Below, piece after piece: positions 17,231 to 18,363 of a stretch of 18,363 bases of DNA. Source of the stretch: Candidatus Thorarchaeota archaeon (GTDB taxonomy: Archaea; Asgardarchaeota; Thorarchaeia; Thorarchaeales; Thorarchaeaceae); assembly GCA_016840855.1 (NCBI GenBank), contig JAEORO010000173.1, positions 1 through 18,363 of the forward strand, read 5' to 3'. The notes beneath the pieces are model-generated. The model saw nothing but the letters and a program-made list of their open reading frames with translations, was not told the DNA's origin and did not search any database. Made by a program: the position numbers and the translations under genes. Position 1 is the stretch's first letter; each line of letters begins with the position of its first letter.

Positions 17231-18361
17231 TCATGGAACGATAATTCCTTGTACAGCCGGGACAATGACATCCAGTGCCAGTCCTGGGAATATTCCAAAG
17301 ATTACAATTAGAATTCCAAGTATGATCATTGGAATGGTCATAGAATTGGAGCTCTCTTTCACATCCTCCAGCTCATCAGGATGAGGTCCGAGAAAGACCC
17401 TCCAGAAGAAGCGCAGCATATAGCCTGCGCTAAGAATTGAGCTTGTTACTGCAAGGATAGTTAGGATGAGGAAAGGTAGATTTACAACTGCACCTCCAAC
17501 AACAGCCCTCTCGAAGCCTCCAAAGAACATCATCCACTCACTGGCGAAACCAGAGAGTGGGGGACTTCCAGCAATGCTCATCATACCTATAGCTGCTGCG
17601 AATGCAGTGATAGGCATCTTGTTCGAGAGACCACCCATCTTAGTGATATCACGAAGCCCTGTCTGATGAATCACAGCACCTGCAGTCATGAACAGAAGAC
17701 CCTTAGAGAAGGCATGGTTGATTAGATGGAACATACCTCCTGCTGCCCCCATAGGCGAGTATACGCCAAGGGCAAAGAGAACATAGCCCATTTGTGATAC
17801 TGATGAGTATGCAAGTAGTCTCTTAATGTCAATCTGCGCAAGCGCCATAAAGCCACCATAGAACATTGTGATTACGCCCAAGGCGGCAACAAAGAATGAC
17901 AGTCCAATAGCAGCATCAGACAGTGTGATTAATCCGAACCGCATTAACGCGTATGCACCAGTTTCAATCATAGCACCAGATAGCAGAACTGAGATTGGTG
18001 TTGGGGCTTCTGCATGCACTGGTGGAAGCCACCAATGAATTGGGAACACCGCCATCTTAACAAGGAATCCTGCAGCGAGGAGAATGAAGACAACCTTCAA
18101 CACAGTTCCAATAGTTATTGCTAAACCTGGTAATGATGCATACAAGTTGAGAGAATTGATGCCTGCTTGTAGTAATGACAACTCAAAGGAACCTGCGAGT
18201 GAATACAGGATACCAAACCCGACTAGAATACACACTGCACCTGATTGAGTGTATAACCAGAACTTCAAAGCAGTCCGCTTACGTGTTTCAGGCAATCCCC
18301 AGAACAGAATCAGAAAATAGCTTGGGACCAGCATTATCTCCCATGCAATGAAGAACTCAAT
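17231..18361 (-). CDS. 5'-truncated additional antiporter-like subunit (NuoM/MrpD/HyfB-like; M')
   Basis: The frame is open to the window edge (IEFFIAWEIMLVPSY...). Motifs ALKFWLYT, GFLVKMAVFPIHWWLPPVHAEAPTPIS, LLAYSSVSQMG, NHAFSKGLLF and PPLSGFASEW. Stop TGA lies 10 nt before the nuoL ATG. Confidence 0.88.
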   Translation of the reverse strand: MEFFIAWEIMLVPSYFLILFWGLPETRKRTALKFWLYTQSGAVCILVGFGILYSLAGSFELSLLQAGINSLNLYASLPGLAITIGTVLKVVFILLAAGFLVKMAVFPIHWWLPPVHAEAPTPISVLLSGAMIETGAYALMRFGLITLSDAAIGLSFFVAALGVITMFYGGFMALAQIDIKRLLAYSSVSQMGYVLFALGVYSPMGAAGGMFHLINHAFSKGLLFMTAGAVIHQTGLRDITKMGGLSNKMPITAFAAAIGMMSIAGSPPLSGFASEWMMFFGGFERAVVGGAVVNLPFLILTILAVTSSILSAGYMLRFFWRVFLGPHPDELEDVKESSNSMTIPMIILGILIVIFGIFPGLALDVIVPAVQGIIVP

Positions 18362-18363
18362 CA

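Noticed and set aside
17221-17298. ORF-track N-terminal extension of nuoL (start 17298) overlapping M' by 68 nt
   Set aside because: A strong SD (GAGGTGA) precedes GTG 17223 / ATG 17220, and the extension is not NuoL-like.
37-17666. Many 60-171 aa ORFs antisense or out of frame within the called genes (e.g. 911-1168, 1619-1900, 2957-3283, 5080-5475, 14650-15165)
   Set aside because: They are nested in or largely overlap well-supported CDSs and show no recognisable motifs. They are typical shadow ORFs.

Overview
Gene-dense archaeal chromosomal window, most likely from an Asgard archaeon such as Thorarchaeia. This is an inference from the Rab-like small GTPase, the GGTGA/GAGGTGA Shine-Dalgarno motifs, the TATA-box promoters and archaeal-type TrpB2, 2PGK and ACD genes. 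Left to right: the 3' part of an Ig-like + 7-TM membrane protein; a membrane protein with a Zn ribbon, a possible HTH and an acidic tail; a stand-alone receiver; a class I/II aminotransferase; an SSB - 2-phosphoglycerate kinase - ADP-forming acyl-CoA synthetase alpha cluster; stand-alone trpB2; a PAS-GAF-PAS histidine kinase; a Rab-like GTPase; and the distal end of a complex I-like operon. Two systems stand out. (1) The operon has four antiporter-like subunits in the order M'-L-M-N instead of three, and the NuoL lateral helix carries a 26-residue internal duplication, as expected for a complex with an extra ion-pumping module ('2M'-type). (2) trpB2 is preceded by four TRP-box (TGTACA-like) hexamers at exact 10-bp spacing next to its TATA box, followed by a ~230-nt leader with Trp-codon uORFs and mutually exclusive hairpins. 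No rRNA, tRNA, CRISPR array or mobile element was seen.
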